Source of the DNA: Oikopleura dioica
Lineage: Eukaryota; Animalia; Chordata
Length of the DNA stretch: 64,000 nt
NCBI GenBank assembly: GCA_907165135.1
Contig: OU015567.1
Span: forward strand, 15,810,001-15,874,000
Reading direction: 5' to 3'
Shown here: positions 14,821-26,800 of the stretch, one piece after another
Layout of the letters: the number at the start of each line of letters is the position of its first letter
How positions within the stretch are numbered: the first letter of the stretch is position 1
Notes under the pieces: model-generated
Told to the model about the DNA's origin: nothing
Databases searched by the model: none
Seen by the model: the letters and a program-made list of their open reading frames with translations, nothing else
Made by a program: the position numbers and the translations under genes

Positions 14821-15611
14821 TGATAGGGAGAATATCCCTCTTAATGTTAGGCAAGAGTCGCTCTTGCCCGTAGCAAACGCCTGTGATCATTTCCGGTTAC
14901 TTCCGGTGACATTAGATGACTTCCGGTTCACTTCCGGTGACTTCCGGTTCGCTTCCGGTTCAACTCTAGATCATTGCTATAAGTGTGCATCCATCCATAT
15001 ACCTTGCAAGAGCATAACTGAGCTGATGCTCGCTTGAAACAGCGCCATCTGGTGCATGCTCTCGCGCCCCATCTAGTGTCGGCTCTCGCGCCCCACCTAG
15101 TGTCAGCTCTCTAGCGCCACGTAGTGGACACTCATGAATAGCTCTCTAGTGACCTCTAGTGGGGACACACTAGCGCCACCTATGGTGAGCACAAAGCTTG
15201 AGATCTCATCCTGATTCATCAGTGACTGAGAATCGACTTCATTCGATGAAGGTCCTGGAACATTCTGGACACCCTTACTCACTATGACTCACGATTACGA
15301 AGGAGAATCATTTGGAGAATCTACTCGAATATTCCATCGCTGTTCTAAGAAGCTTGAAGATTCATCTATCCCGATCAAGGAGCTTCTCGACTGTTCTTAT
15401 TTTCCCTTTTCTGTACTATATAAAGCGTGCACTTTGCTGTTAGTGGATTATTACAATTGAGTAGAATAAAACCGACAAAACCAACTTGACTCTCTTTTAT
15501 CCAGCAGAAACCAGCAGTACCCGAAGAAGCGACAGCAAGTGCAGCATCAACCACTAGGACTCATAGAGTGCTAGTGGATCAGAGAGACCCCAGACATTCT
15601 TCTCCTTTAGA
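14821..15611 (+). mobile_element. Solo LTR
   Basis: 5-bp TSD AGACC (14816-14820, 15612-15616); TG start; TATA-like motif ~15418 and AATAAA ~15465; host GAGCGA repeat resumes seamlessly. Confidence 0.7.
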
Positions 15612-18280
15612 AGACCTCGCTCAGATCTCGCTCAAACGTCGCTCGCTCAGTCGCTCCGCTCGCTCAGCCGATTTTTGAAAAATCTCGCTCAGGCACTCGC
15701 TCGCTCAGCCCTCGCTCAATTCCCGCTCGCTCATCGCTCGCTCAAATTCAAAAATTTTTGGCAAAATTTGGAACCCTGCTTTCTGCTCTTTCGCCGATTT
15801 TAACAACAAGACATCTTCGGATCAAAGATTCCATCGCCGGGAAAAACACTTCTGCGGGTCTTTGCACTTTGCCTACGATGTTATTCATTGTTTGAAGCGC
15901 GTTTCTGCCAATAAATGGATGTCTTTTTCGATTTTACAAAGCTTTACATTCGTTTTTGCGATAAAATCTTTTTAAAATCGATCCTGAAAGTACATAACAT
16001 CTGAAAAATGATTCCAAGCGCCCAGACATCTTGAGAACAAGAAACTTGAGCACTGTTTCCGTCAGTATTAATCATTTCAGGAGCCAAGTAAGGATCTGTT
16101 CCAGCAATTCCAGTCGTCATAAACGTTTCTTTTGATTCTCGCGAAATATTGAAGTCAGCGATTTTGACCTGAGTTAAACTTCAAAAAAAATTGTTTTTGA
16201 ATACTCTTACTTGTTGTCCATCAGCAGAGAGGAGGATGTTTTCGGGCTTGATATCTCGATGCTTGATGTTTTTTCCGTGAATATACGCTAAAAGTCAAGT
16301 AAAAAAGGATTCTCTAGTACTGACTGACTCATCGCTAAAACCAGCTGGGCTGAGATTCGTAAAGCATCATTTTGAGCCCACGGTATCTTATTTGCAGTGC
16401 CTTCTACAAACAGGTCATCTCAAACGTCTGAAAGAATTGGACTGACCGTTGTTGAGCATTTTCTCAAAGAACTGAGCCAGATCACCGCCAGGCATGTATT
16501 CAAGGATCAAAGCATGATATCGAAGTCCATTTGGAGCGGTAAACCGAAAATCGTCCAGCAGTTTAACTACGTATTCGTGATCTTATTTTGTTTTCAATAT
16601 TGAACTTTTTGCGTGGGATCATTTGTACATTTATCATAAATGATTTATGAGTGATAACTGGAAACGTTCCTAGTTGTTTGAGCAGGTTAATTTCTAAATT
16701 TGCGTCTTGTTCTTGGTCGGGTCCGAGAAGGCCGATTCCTTTTAGCATCTTCAATTCGTTTTCTGAAAGAAATGCGTTTTTTATATTCGTTTGAAGCGGC
16801 AATGTACTATTGCCGATATTCGAAAGAGGGTCAGTAACCAGTCGGTAAACCGGTCATTTCTTGAATTTATTAATAGTTACACCCACCATTCAACTGTATA
16901 ATCTATCAAATAAAAGTTTTTGAAGCGCCAACCAGGCCCTTCGCAAACTTTCTAGCTTCCCCCGATAGAGAAAACTCAAAAACGGAATTTCCCGGAATTT
17001 CCAGATTTTACTGAAAGCTCAGAGCCTGAGTTTTCCAAATACATGAAAATTGACTACTCTTGAGCCCGGACGGGCATCAAAAAATAGTTTGAAGGAATCT
17101 AGTACCTATTTCGGGGCTTCAGGTCCCATGAATTGCCTTGCGGGCAAGACCCCTTGAAATGGCACCCAGAGGAAAGTACAAAAGCTGGGCTTTCTAAAAC
17201 TGTGTCATATGACCACAGAAATAAGATAGAGATGGCCCATCTCAAACCCCATTCTTGCCCTTTACTCACCATTTTCCGTGTCTTGAACAACGTAGTAAAT
17301 TTTCCCGAGTCTTGCCTCCTTCAGCTCTCGCAGCACCTTGTATTTCCCATTCAAGAGTTGCCCGATCAAGTCAGAATTCAAAGATGGCTCGGCTCCGGCT
17401 TGCTGTCTCCGGAAATCTTCCAACCCTGGAGCAGAAGGAGCTTGATCCGAAAATCCCTGGTTATTCCGATTTTTCTCAATTCTTGCGAAATTTTCATCGT
17501 TTTCGTTTGAACCATCAGAAGCGTATCCTCTAAAAGGCATGGAACGTCGGCAATCTCCGCCGCGAAAAAGCGTTTTTAGGCGCCGCATTGAAATCGAAAC
17601 TCTCAGTACTTTTGGTGCTTTTGTGAAATTTCGGAAGAGAGAACGGGGCCTGCTGCGTTTGCTATTTTCATTAATCGTATTAAATTAGTTTCAAGATCGA
17701 GGGACTTTGTCGCGATGGAAGCCTAGCGATGCAAGCATCTTGTTTTTAACAATATAGAATAAATGTCAAATTAGGCTCAAATTTATGATAAAGAATGTAA
17801 TTTTTCAGCGAACTTTTTTTGAAAAGAATAATTCTTAGCAAACTGACAAGCACATCGAAGAAGAATATTTTATGTAACCTTCAAAACAAAAATATTCTTC
17901 AAGGCTGTATTTTGATTCTAAGAGCGTCCTTGGGTCTAGGAAAATGCCAGAAAGTAGACGCAAAAACAAAAAATCTCGTTATACAAACAGCTATCTCCGG
18001 AAATTTCGCATTTTTTATTGCTCGCTATTTTCACCAAAAACCTCAAAACTCGGATGACTTTCATTTTTGATTTGTCCCACTGAAATCCCCGGAAAATGCT
18101 TATCCGATAAATTTGGAAAGAATTATAATTAAGAATTCACCATCATAAATGCAGACTTCGAACTTTGCCTGCAAATAGCGTTATTTACTAAGCATCGATT
18201 GCATAATCATTTCTTAAATAAAGTTGGCCCAAATTCAAGAAAACGTCGAATTTTGCAAAAAAAAATCGAGAGAAAGAAAA

Positions 18281-18959
18281 ATGGGCGATATCATTTCGAC
18301 GATTTCGTCAGCGATCACGTGGCCGAGTCTAGCACAAGTTTTATTTTTCGCCGAAGGATATCAGTTCTTTGCGCATGGACTTCTTCTCACTGGAGCGAAA
18401 TGCATGCCGCTCGATTTCGTCGAGAAAATTGGGTGAAAAGCGATTTTTCTTTTTAATTATAAATCTTATATTTAGACTAGGCTTTATTCTCCACGATGTG
18501 GTAACCACAGCTTTTGCGTATAACTACACTCGTAAATTTCCAATCATCGTGGGGCTTCATATGCTCGAGCATCTTTACTTTTTGATTCGCTGGAATGTCG
18601 GCAAATTTTCGAGGAAATTTCAATACTGGGTAAGTAAGGGGTGCAGATCATTATTCAGAAATTCAGCGTTTATGATGAGTTTAACGTAGTGATATCCTTA
18701 ATTCATTCTCTTTTTTTGAAATTCAAAGGAACTACAAGACTCATTATCTTTAATTGAAGCGGATTTCGAGCAGAAAAATAAGGGTGTCACTACGTTAAAT
18801 CTTCGGTAGGCGATTCATTTTATCATTTAGGTCTCCTACGATTGGTTTCAAAACAACGGCTCAAGCGCGATTGAAATCTGGCTCGGAGTTTTCTACGACA
18901 TGTCGACTCATATTTTCATGATGTATGCTCTCAAAGACGTAAATATGATCCAACCGTGA
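18281..18959 (+). CDS. Small multi-pass membrane protein of unknown function
   Basis: Exons MGDIISTISSAITWPSLAQVLFFAEGYQFFAHGLLL / LGFILHDVVTTAFAYNY...FQYW / VSYDWFQNNGSSAIEIWLGVFYDMSTHIFMMYAL. Confidence 0.55.
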
Positions 18960-20807
18960 GCAATTCTTCGATCTCATTCTTAAGGAAGTCGGCAAAAACG
19001 ACTTGATTGTCACTACAGCTGCCTGTGCGTTGATGTATCTTCTTATTCCGCCAACAGAGTAAGCCAAAATAAACCTGTTCAAGGTTTTCAAAAGAATTTC
19101 AGGGTTCTTCCTTTGGTCTCGCCCTCATCTGCTCCGGAATGGGTCAAGAAACGAGCATTTCAAAAAGAGGAAATTTACACCAACAAGAAACACCAATAAA
19201 AAACCCTTATAAAACCCTGAAATTTCATTCCTGATTCATTCCTTTCTCAAAAAAAAAACTCTTTCTGACAAATTTTTTTCTAATAAAATTCTGTGAAAAA
19301 TATATTGCCGCTGTATTGAAAATTGAAAACGACAATTTTCCGCCTTTCTCCTCGATTTCTGACTTCTGAAGCGATTTGAAAAAATAAAGGAAAGAAAATA
19401 CGATTTTGGAGAAAAAAGCAAAAGCTGGTGTTTGGGCAGGACCGGCGACTTGCGTGCTAAAGAAGAAAAATACAGAGCAAGAGAAATCTGGACAGCGCGC
19501 CGGAAGTGGACACTGATCATTCTGATTTGAGGTAGAAAAAAGGCTTGGAAGGGCTGAGAGAGAGGCGCGCTCTAACGGGGTAAGTACGGGACTTGATCAT
19601 AAAACGGCGGGATCGAAAAGAAGAAGAGGCTTGTAAAGAATGTTGGACTAAAGGGTGGTGTCTTGAACCAAAAAATTCGACAAATTTTACTTGGGCGGCT
19701 ACTCGGCTTCTGTTTGGCCGGTCAGCCGAATCCAGGCTTCTGATTGGTTCAAACTTTTTTGTCGGTTCCAGACGCCTCTCCGACTAATTACCGATCCAGG
19801 TCAAATAGTTAATTTTTCTTATTTAAACAATGATTTATTTTGATGAAGAAACAACAGAATAATAATAAAACTCTAAGGAAGATATTTTCAAGGTAATTAA
19901 CGGAGACCAACAAAAATAGGTAGGTCAGTCATTTTAAATAAATAAGCTTAAGACAGCTGCTAGAGCTTCAAATTCAAGCTGAATAAGGCTTATTCGGCCA
20001 GATCAAAGTACAGTGGACCAAGTATCAAATTAAGAGGCGCATATTTGTATAACAGGTACAGTGGATTAAGAGCACCTTTGTCTGCAGATTTAAGGATAAA
20101 CCTCAGAGGGGAGCACGATTGTTTCAGAAATGTGATGATTTAGAAAAAGGGTTTAATTTTTATTTTGAAATCACGTTTTTTTGTTGAAGAAATTTAGGGT
20201 TATGGTATTCTTACCAATAAAATGGACGGGCTAAAATTATATGTAGATTTTATTTTGCAATTCAGCCAATCAGCCGACAGAATGCTACCCATTCTTTCCC
20301 ATCCGATTCGTCTACTCGACAGATAAAGGCTTTTGATTGGCGTAAAATTTACATAAAATTTTCCTGAAACAAAGCTATTATGACTCGTGTTTATATTTTG
20401 CTTACTATCCAAGAGAATAGTATTCCCGATAAAAGACTAACCGCTAGTAGCGGTTACCGCTACTGTTTTTACAGGAAAAATTTCATATTAGTTTTAAGCC
20501 AATCAAAAGCCTTTATATTGCGACAAGATGAATCAGAAGGCAAAGAGTAAGTAGCATCCTGCCAGCTGATTGGCTGGCTTGGTAAATGAATTCTAGCTTT
20601 TGATTGGTTGAAATCTTCATTTTTTTTATTCAGCTCTGAAGATTACTGTTTGAATTAAAAATTATTACCAGACTTAAACTCCTGTAAAATTTCATGAATA
20701 ATTGTACTCGGCGAACAGTGGCTTTAGAGATAAAATGATAAGCCTCGGAAGAGTGCGAGAAAAAGATTTAACGGAAGGTGAAACCCCAACGTGACACTAG
20801 GTTCAAT

Positions 20808-23800
20808 TTAGGCCGAATCGCGGCAGAGATTTGCTTCCGATTTTAGGCTAAGTCCTTTAGCGCTTCTCATCGACTGCGAAGCCGCTTTCGACTTTGCGAT
20901 TGATTCCGGCGAAGCGGGTTGAAACGAGTCCTTCCCAGCCTCGACAAATTGCAACACGCTTTCGATCGAGTAGCCCCCAAGCAGGAAGTCCTCGTAGTAG
21001 ACGCGGTAGATCTCTAAAAATTGGTTCGCAAGCTGCATCAAGCGCTCAAGCACATTGACAAGTTCATGCATCATCACATGCGGCTTTTGTTGATGGTAAA
21101 TTCAAGAGGGGTTGATATTTTGTGTTAGAGACAGATTATACCAGAAGCCGCAAAATTCTGTTTCACATTGAAAATTGTGCTAAACTTTGTATTTTTAGTA
21201 AAAAAATCAGCGCCATCATTTAAGAGAAATATCAGCCAATCAGAGCCGCTTAAATATTCCATAGTCTATGGACCAGGGCTGGCAAATTAGGGTCCCGCCA
21301 GCCGCACTAATTTGAGTTAGAACCCTATTGTTAGAACCCTAACTCTCATTTTATAACTTTTTAGTGCGAGTAGTACGAGTTGGAAAAAGCCGCACTAAAA
21401 TCGTCCTAAAAGAGGCGCGCGCTTATTGGTCCGCCAATCATGGCGGGTCATTCGTTTTTCTTATCCATTCAGCTCCATTCTTTTTTCAATCTTCCACCAA
21501 TTTGTCCTCCGCGCCTGGTGGGAATCGCGCGCCGATTGGATGATGAAAAAGAGCCTCCTAATTAGTACGGTTAGGGCGGCGATTCAGTCCTAATAGACGA
21601 AAAAATATCAAGGAAAAAAAATGGGACGGGTAGGACGGGGATGCCGCACTAATTCGCACTAATTTTGAGTTAGAACCCTAACAATTTTTCGGTAGTGCGG
21701 CTGTTAGGACCCTAATTTGCCAGCCCTGCTATGGACCATAGATAATTTTAATTTTTTGATTGGTTATTGACTTGTTCACAGCGCCATCTACGGCGAAAAT
21801 ATTTGGTTACAACTTTTCTCTAAAAGAATTTTGAAAAAAAAACAGAAACAGCGCCACCTGTTTAATAATGTAGGCCAATCAGAATAAAAAAATCCAAAAA
21901 AAAAATTATTTTTTCTGATTGCTTTTTATGAAAAATAGGGTAGAAACAATTTTCAGAACAGATTTTTATGGAAAGGGTTTTGATTGGCTGGTAGGCCAAA
22001 TACAGCAATCTTATTGGTAATACAAAAATTCACTTCCAAAAATTGGTTTAGTCCAAAAATAAATATAAAAAGGCTTGAATACTGCGAAAAATGAGCCAAT
22101 AAGAACCTTGTATTGGCTCTTTTGGCCAATCAGCTTCTTAATACCGGAAAAACTAACAATTATTATGCTTAGCGAACCATCCCTTGAATCGTTTTCTTCG
22201 GAACATTTTGCCAATAGAACTCAGGTCCATTTTTCTTGAGCGGGGACTTGGAATACTGCCCTTTAGTCCGAGTTCTTTCTTGATTACCGCTAATTATTTT
22301 GTCACGTTTTGAATTGAATACTAATTAATCAAATTCGCTGATTGAATCGCGTGAGCGTCAACACGAGCGGCGAAATCAACTGTTTTCGAAGTATAATTTA
22401 TTATGCCGTATTTGGGATTTATTATCGACGCGGTGATCCGATAAACATCCATCGTCTTGAGTGGAGCTTAATTGCTCCACGAATCATTTTAAACACGCTT
22501 AGCTAATCTCTTCATAATCAGATTTTCAAAAGAAGCAGGAGTCATGAAATCAGGATTTTTTTTAATGCTAATATAGTGATACCCTTATTTAAATTTATCA
22601 ATAAGAAGATCAAGCAGTTTTTGTCTTCTTTTGAACGTTAAAATATCTGATACTGACCAAAAATTATAGAAGATTTTCAGAAAAAAATAGGATAAAATAA
22701 TCCGAATTTCTGAATTTCAAGTGCAGGAATAAGTGCAGCGGCTCGAGTCGACAAAGATTCGATAAATATTTCTTTTTCTAAAATCTGACTTGCCTACCGC
22801 CTAAATGCGGGCATCTTATTGGATTAAATTTTAAACTTAAAAATTGACCAAAATTGTTGTATTATTTTTCGACTCGTGACATCTCGCCAAAAAAATTTTA
22901 ATAGGAAAATTAATAAGGGTGTCGCTACCAATTTTTAGGAAAAACTTGATGAAAAATTTTGTTTCGTGATAACTCCTGTGATTCAAAAACCCGTACTTCT
23001 TCTTGGAAGGCTACTGTATTTGGGACAACGTTTCTATTGAAGATTGAATTCTTGATTGAAATTGGAAGCTACGGGAGCAGAAATACAACGAGCTCTCAAA
23101 CCTTTGTAACAAACACAAAAAAAACCAAGTGGATTAGCTCGACCCCGCCAAGAGTGTATACTTCTCTTCTAAAGTAGATAGAAGAGGCGGTTATGAAATT
23201 CTGGGAGATGAACAAAACTCATAATATTTTGAACAAGGCCCAAAATGGAAGCATAATCGAGCCACTAAGAAGCTATTTACAGTAATGACAACTAGAAGGG
23301 TTGACATCATTCTTCTGAGAACGAAAAGTAGCTTTTAAAACATTTTTTATATAGCTTTTTGATTGGTGAAAACTGATTTTTTCTACACAAGACTTCCTTG
23401 ATAACAATTTTCTCCATCGAAAACTCTGATTGGCCGACCGCGGAGTCAAAGTTCTTCTGGTTGAAAAATCGACCAATCAGAGCTTCGGATGGAAAAAATC
23501 ATAATCAAAGAAGCTTTCAGTAGAAAAAATTTGTTTTGACCAACCAAAAGCTCAGAAAAAATCTTTACATTTATTGGTATTCAGAACTCTTTCCTGGAAT
23601 ATGCGTGAATTGATCGACTCCAATTTCCTTGAGCACGAGCGGCCCTTCTTCTGTTGCATTCTCAAGTTGAGTAATGAGCTCATAATTCAAGTGGCAGGGC
23701 GCGCAGTGCCAAAAGAACGACTTCCAGTGCCAATTAAAGTCGGCTTGATCTTTGCTGTTGGCGATGTACTCGATAAACGCCTCTAACGAGCGGGTCTCGA

Positions 23801-26800
23801 AAAGAAGCGCCTTATCAGATTTTACTTAGGTGACGCTTATCGGCGACCCGATTCCGAAAGTAACATTCCGCGTGTGGTCGGGCGGATTCGCAGCGTCCTC
23901 AAATGGCGCTATCTGATTGAAGTAAACATCGTGGTACTTTTTCACATGTTCTTTCCTTTTAAAAGGGTTTAAACTTTTTAAAGGGCAAAGCTAGGGTAGC
24001 TTAGCTGCCTGCTTAGCTAAGCTTTCTAAAAAAGGGTAAACTTTGCTTAGCTAAGCCAAAATTCCTAAAAATGGGAAATTTAGCACAGCTTAGCTAAGCT
24101 TTGGTTTAAATCTGTTATCTTGGCTAAGCTGAGCTAAATTTTTATCTCTGCTTACCCTTGAAAAGCTTAGCTTACTACTGCTAAACGAAGAATTTGAAAG
24201 CTTAACTTCGCTTAACTAAACAAAGTCCGAAAAATTAATTAAGCTTAGCCTAGCTTAGTTAAGCTAACAGGAAAATCGACTAGCTAAGCTAAGCTTAGCT
24301 TTAAAATTTTGAGAAATTTCCGAATTTGCTTTTTAGTTAAAAGTTAGGTTGGAAGAGACTTTTTCAAGCGCTTTTTTTAAATATTAAGGAGGTAGTCCTC
24401 GGTTTTGATAAAATCCGAATTTTCAAATTTTCTTTGCAGATTCTAAAAGCTCGTTAAAAGAGCTACAAATTTTGTGTTGATCAGTTTTTTCAAATGCCAG
24501 AGGAAAGCCCCCAAAATCGCACTTGAAAAGTGAGATTTTGATGAAAAATTTGAAAAATTCGAATTTTTTTGACTTTTTCATCTAAAATTACTGTCTTATC
24601 TTTATTTATAATGGTCTCTAGAATATAAAAATTATAAATAATATCTCTTGTGTAAAGGTTTTATATGATAAACCTTCTTTCAAAAACTTATTTTTTTAAG
24701 TTTTTGAGACTCAAGGTTTGATCGATTGTATTACAAAATGATTTTTTTTAATTTTTAAATTTTCTTATATGGCAACTTTAGACCAGCGTATAAGCTTTCT
24801 AAAACTATATAGGGTTCAAATTTTCGATTGTGTTTTGGTTGTTCTACGCGTGTTCAAAAATAGGTCAAAATGACGATTTCGGCGGAGATATGTTAGTAAA
24901 TTGCTCTCTAGCTCCTTACGGAATTAATTAAATTTTCTATTGTTGAGTGGCAACTCTAGACCTGGGATGGATCTTTCTAAAACAGAAATTTTTATCCTCC
25001 TCTATAAGCCCAAATTTGTGTGAGCGCTGTTCAAAAAGTGCCGAAATCGCAAAAAGCGAGGACTACCTCCTTAAGAGAGATGGGAAGCTTATCTGTCATT
25101 ATTTGGTCAGGCGTTCTTATGCGCGCGCGAAGGATAATAAAGATAGCGCTTTTGTTTCGGGGAAAATTTTTGACATAAGTCAATGGAACGTGTCATAAGC
25201 TTTTTTGATTATCTCCTCAGGTGCTTTTCATGACGAAATCTTGGTCAAATAACAAATAACCGACTTTAAGAAAACATTGGAAATTATTATGAAAAGGACC
25301 TCTGATTGGTCAAAACCTAAACAGCGCCACCAAGTTAAACTCTTTAAAAGAACTAAAACACTATTTCTCCAGAAGATGGCGCTAAATTTTTGACCAATCA
25401 AATCGTATTTTGAGTTTTTTGCCGCTTTCTGATTGGTTTCATGAGAAAGATCTTTCGATTGGTGTAAAATAGAATAGCGCCATCATTTTTCGATTAGCCA
25501 ATCAGAAAACTACAATTAAAGAAGAGCGCTCTGATTTATAACCACAGATAAAACAGCTCATTTTTGAACTGCACAAAATTCAAACCCTGAACCTATGAGC
25601 AAAATTATCGGCATCAGATTGCCAGTCGACTTTTCCATCCTCCTTCAAAAACGTTCTGAACTTGTCGTTCCTTGAAATGGGATGAGAACTTGAAGCAAGC
25701 GACTCGGCAGGTTTGTTTTGACTTACTCATCCGGCGATGTTGCCTTGATCAATTCAATAAAGGTAAATTAACGAAGCTCTCATCCCAAAACATGCCGAAT
25801 AGAGGCGCGAAAAGGGATTCCGTACGTTCATCGTCGATTTGTACCGCGCTGAAAACACGACTCGCCAAAGCAAAATAAACAAAATAGAAGCGTCAAAAAC
25901 GAACAATTTCAAGTTGAAAAAACAATCACTAATCAACAACTCACGTTTATTTTAATTAACAAGGCTATCCTCTTGAACCGAGGGTGCCTAAGTTCGCCCG
26001 TTTCTGTTTGATTCGAAAATAGGATTTTGATGTTTTGGTAATAGTTTTCGCCGAATCTTGATTGTCAAATCAAATCATCTTGATTTGATAAAAAATGCTG
26101 CAAGTTGAAATATCTCATTCGGAATTCCTCATAGTCATAGTTTAACTCCAAGACGCAATAAGGACCAAAAATTTGCAATTAATTATTTCCAAGATTATTA
26201 TTTATTAAGGTATTTTATATTGCAAATTATAATAAATTATTATTAATTTTTGAAAAATTTCAAAAGCAAAATTTTTGGTCCTTATCACGTCTAGGGGTTA
26301 AAAAATTTAGAATGACATATTAGAATGACATGCAGCATTCTCTACCAACCTCCTGAGAACAATTTGGCGGGGCAGGGTTAAAAAATATATTTAGGGTCCT
26401 TGGTGCGTCAAGGGGTTAAAATTAAAGTGATGCATATTTTAATTTTAAGCATTCTTAATAAATTATTAATTTATCAAAAAAAAAATTAAATGAGAAATAT
26501 AGTAACATAGGTCATCCCCTTGTTACCAGGATAAACGTTGGCGAAAATCTGAATTTAGCAGGATAAACCCCAGGCAAACTTGCCCCCATGTTAGCAGGAT
26601 AAACTTTGGCAAAAGGGCTCATTGTTAGCAGGGTAAACTTTGGCACTCAATTAACAGGGTAGCGTGAATCATCAGCGCTCGCCCAGGGCGTGACGTAACA
26701 GTTAGCCCGAGGAGGACTCAACCTGCTGGAAGAAAATGCCAATGAAAAATATCTTCATAAAATCTGCTTGAAAATTTCAATATATATTTATAAATTCAGT

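Larger units (their letters stand above)
13388..15778. mobile_element. hAT-family non-autonomous element with nested insertions
   Basis: TIR CAGGGTTCCAA(A)TT; perfect 8-bp TSD CTTTCTGC; subterminal GAGCGA arrays. Confidence 0.9.
11874..17588 (-). pseudogene. Kinase-coiled coil-PRY/SPRY-like gene copy with disrupted 3' end
   Basis: Kinase exons open ([34 protein letters not shown]); hAT insertion 13388-15778; 625-bp insert at 12246-12871; frameshifting deletion in last exon. Confidence 0.75.
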
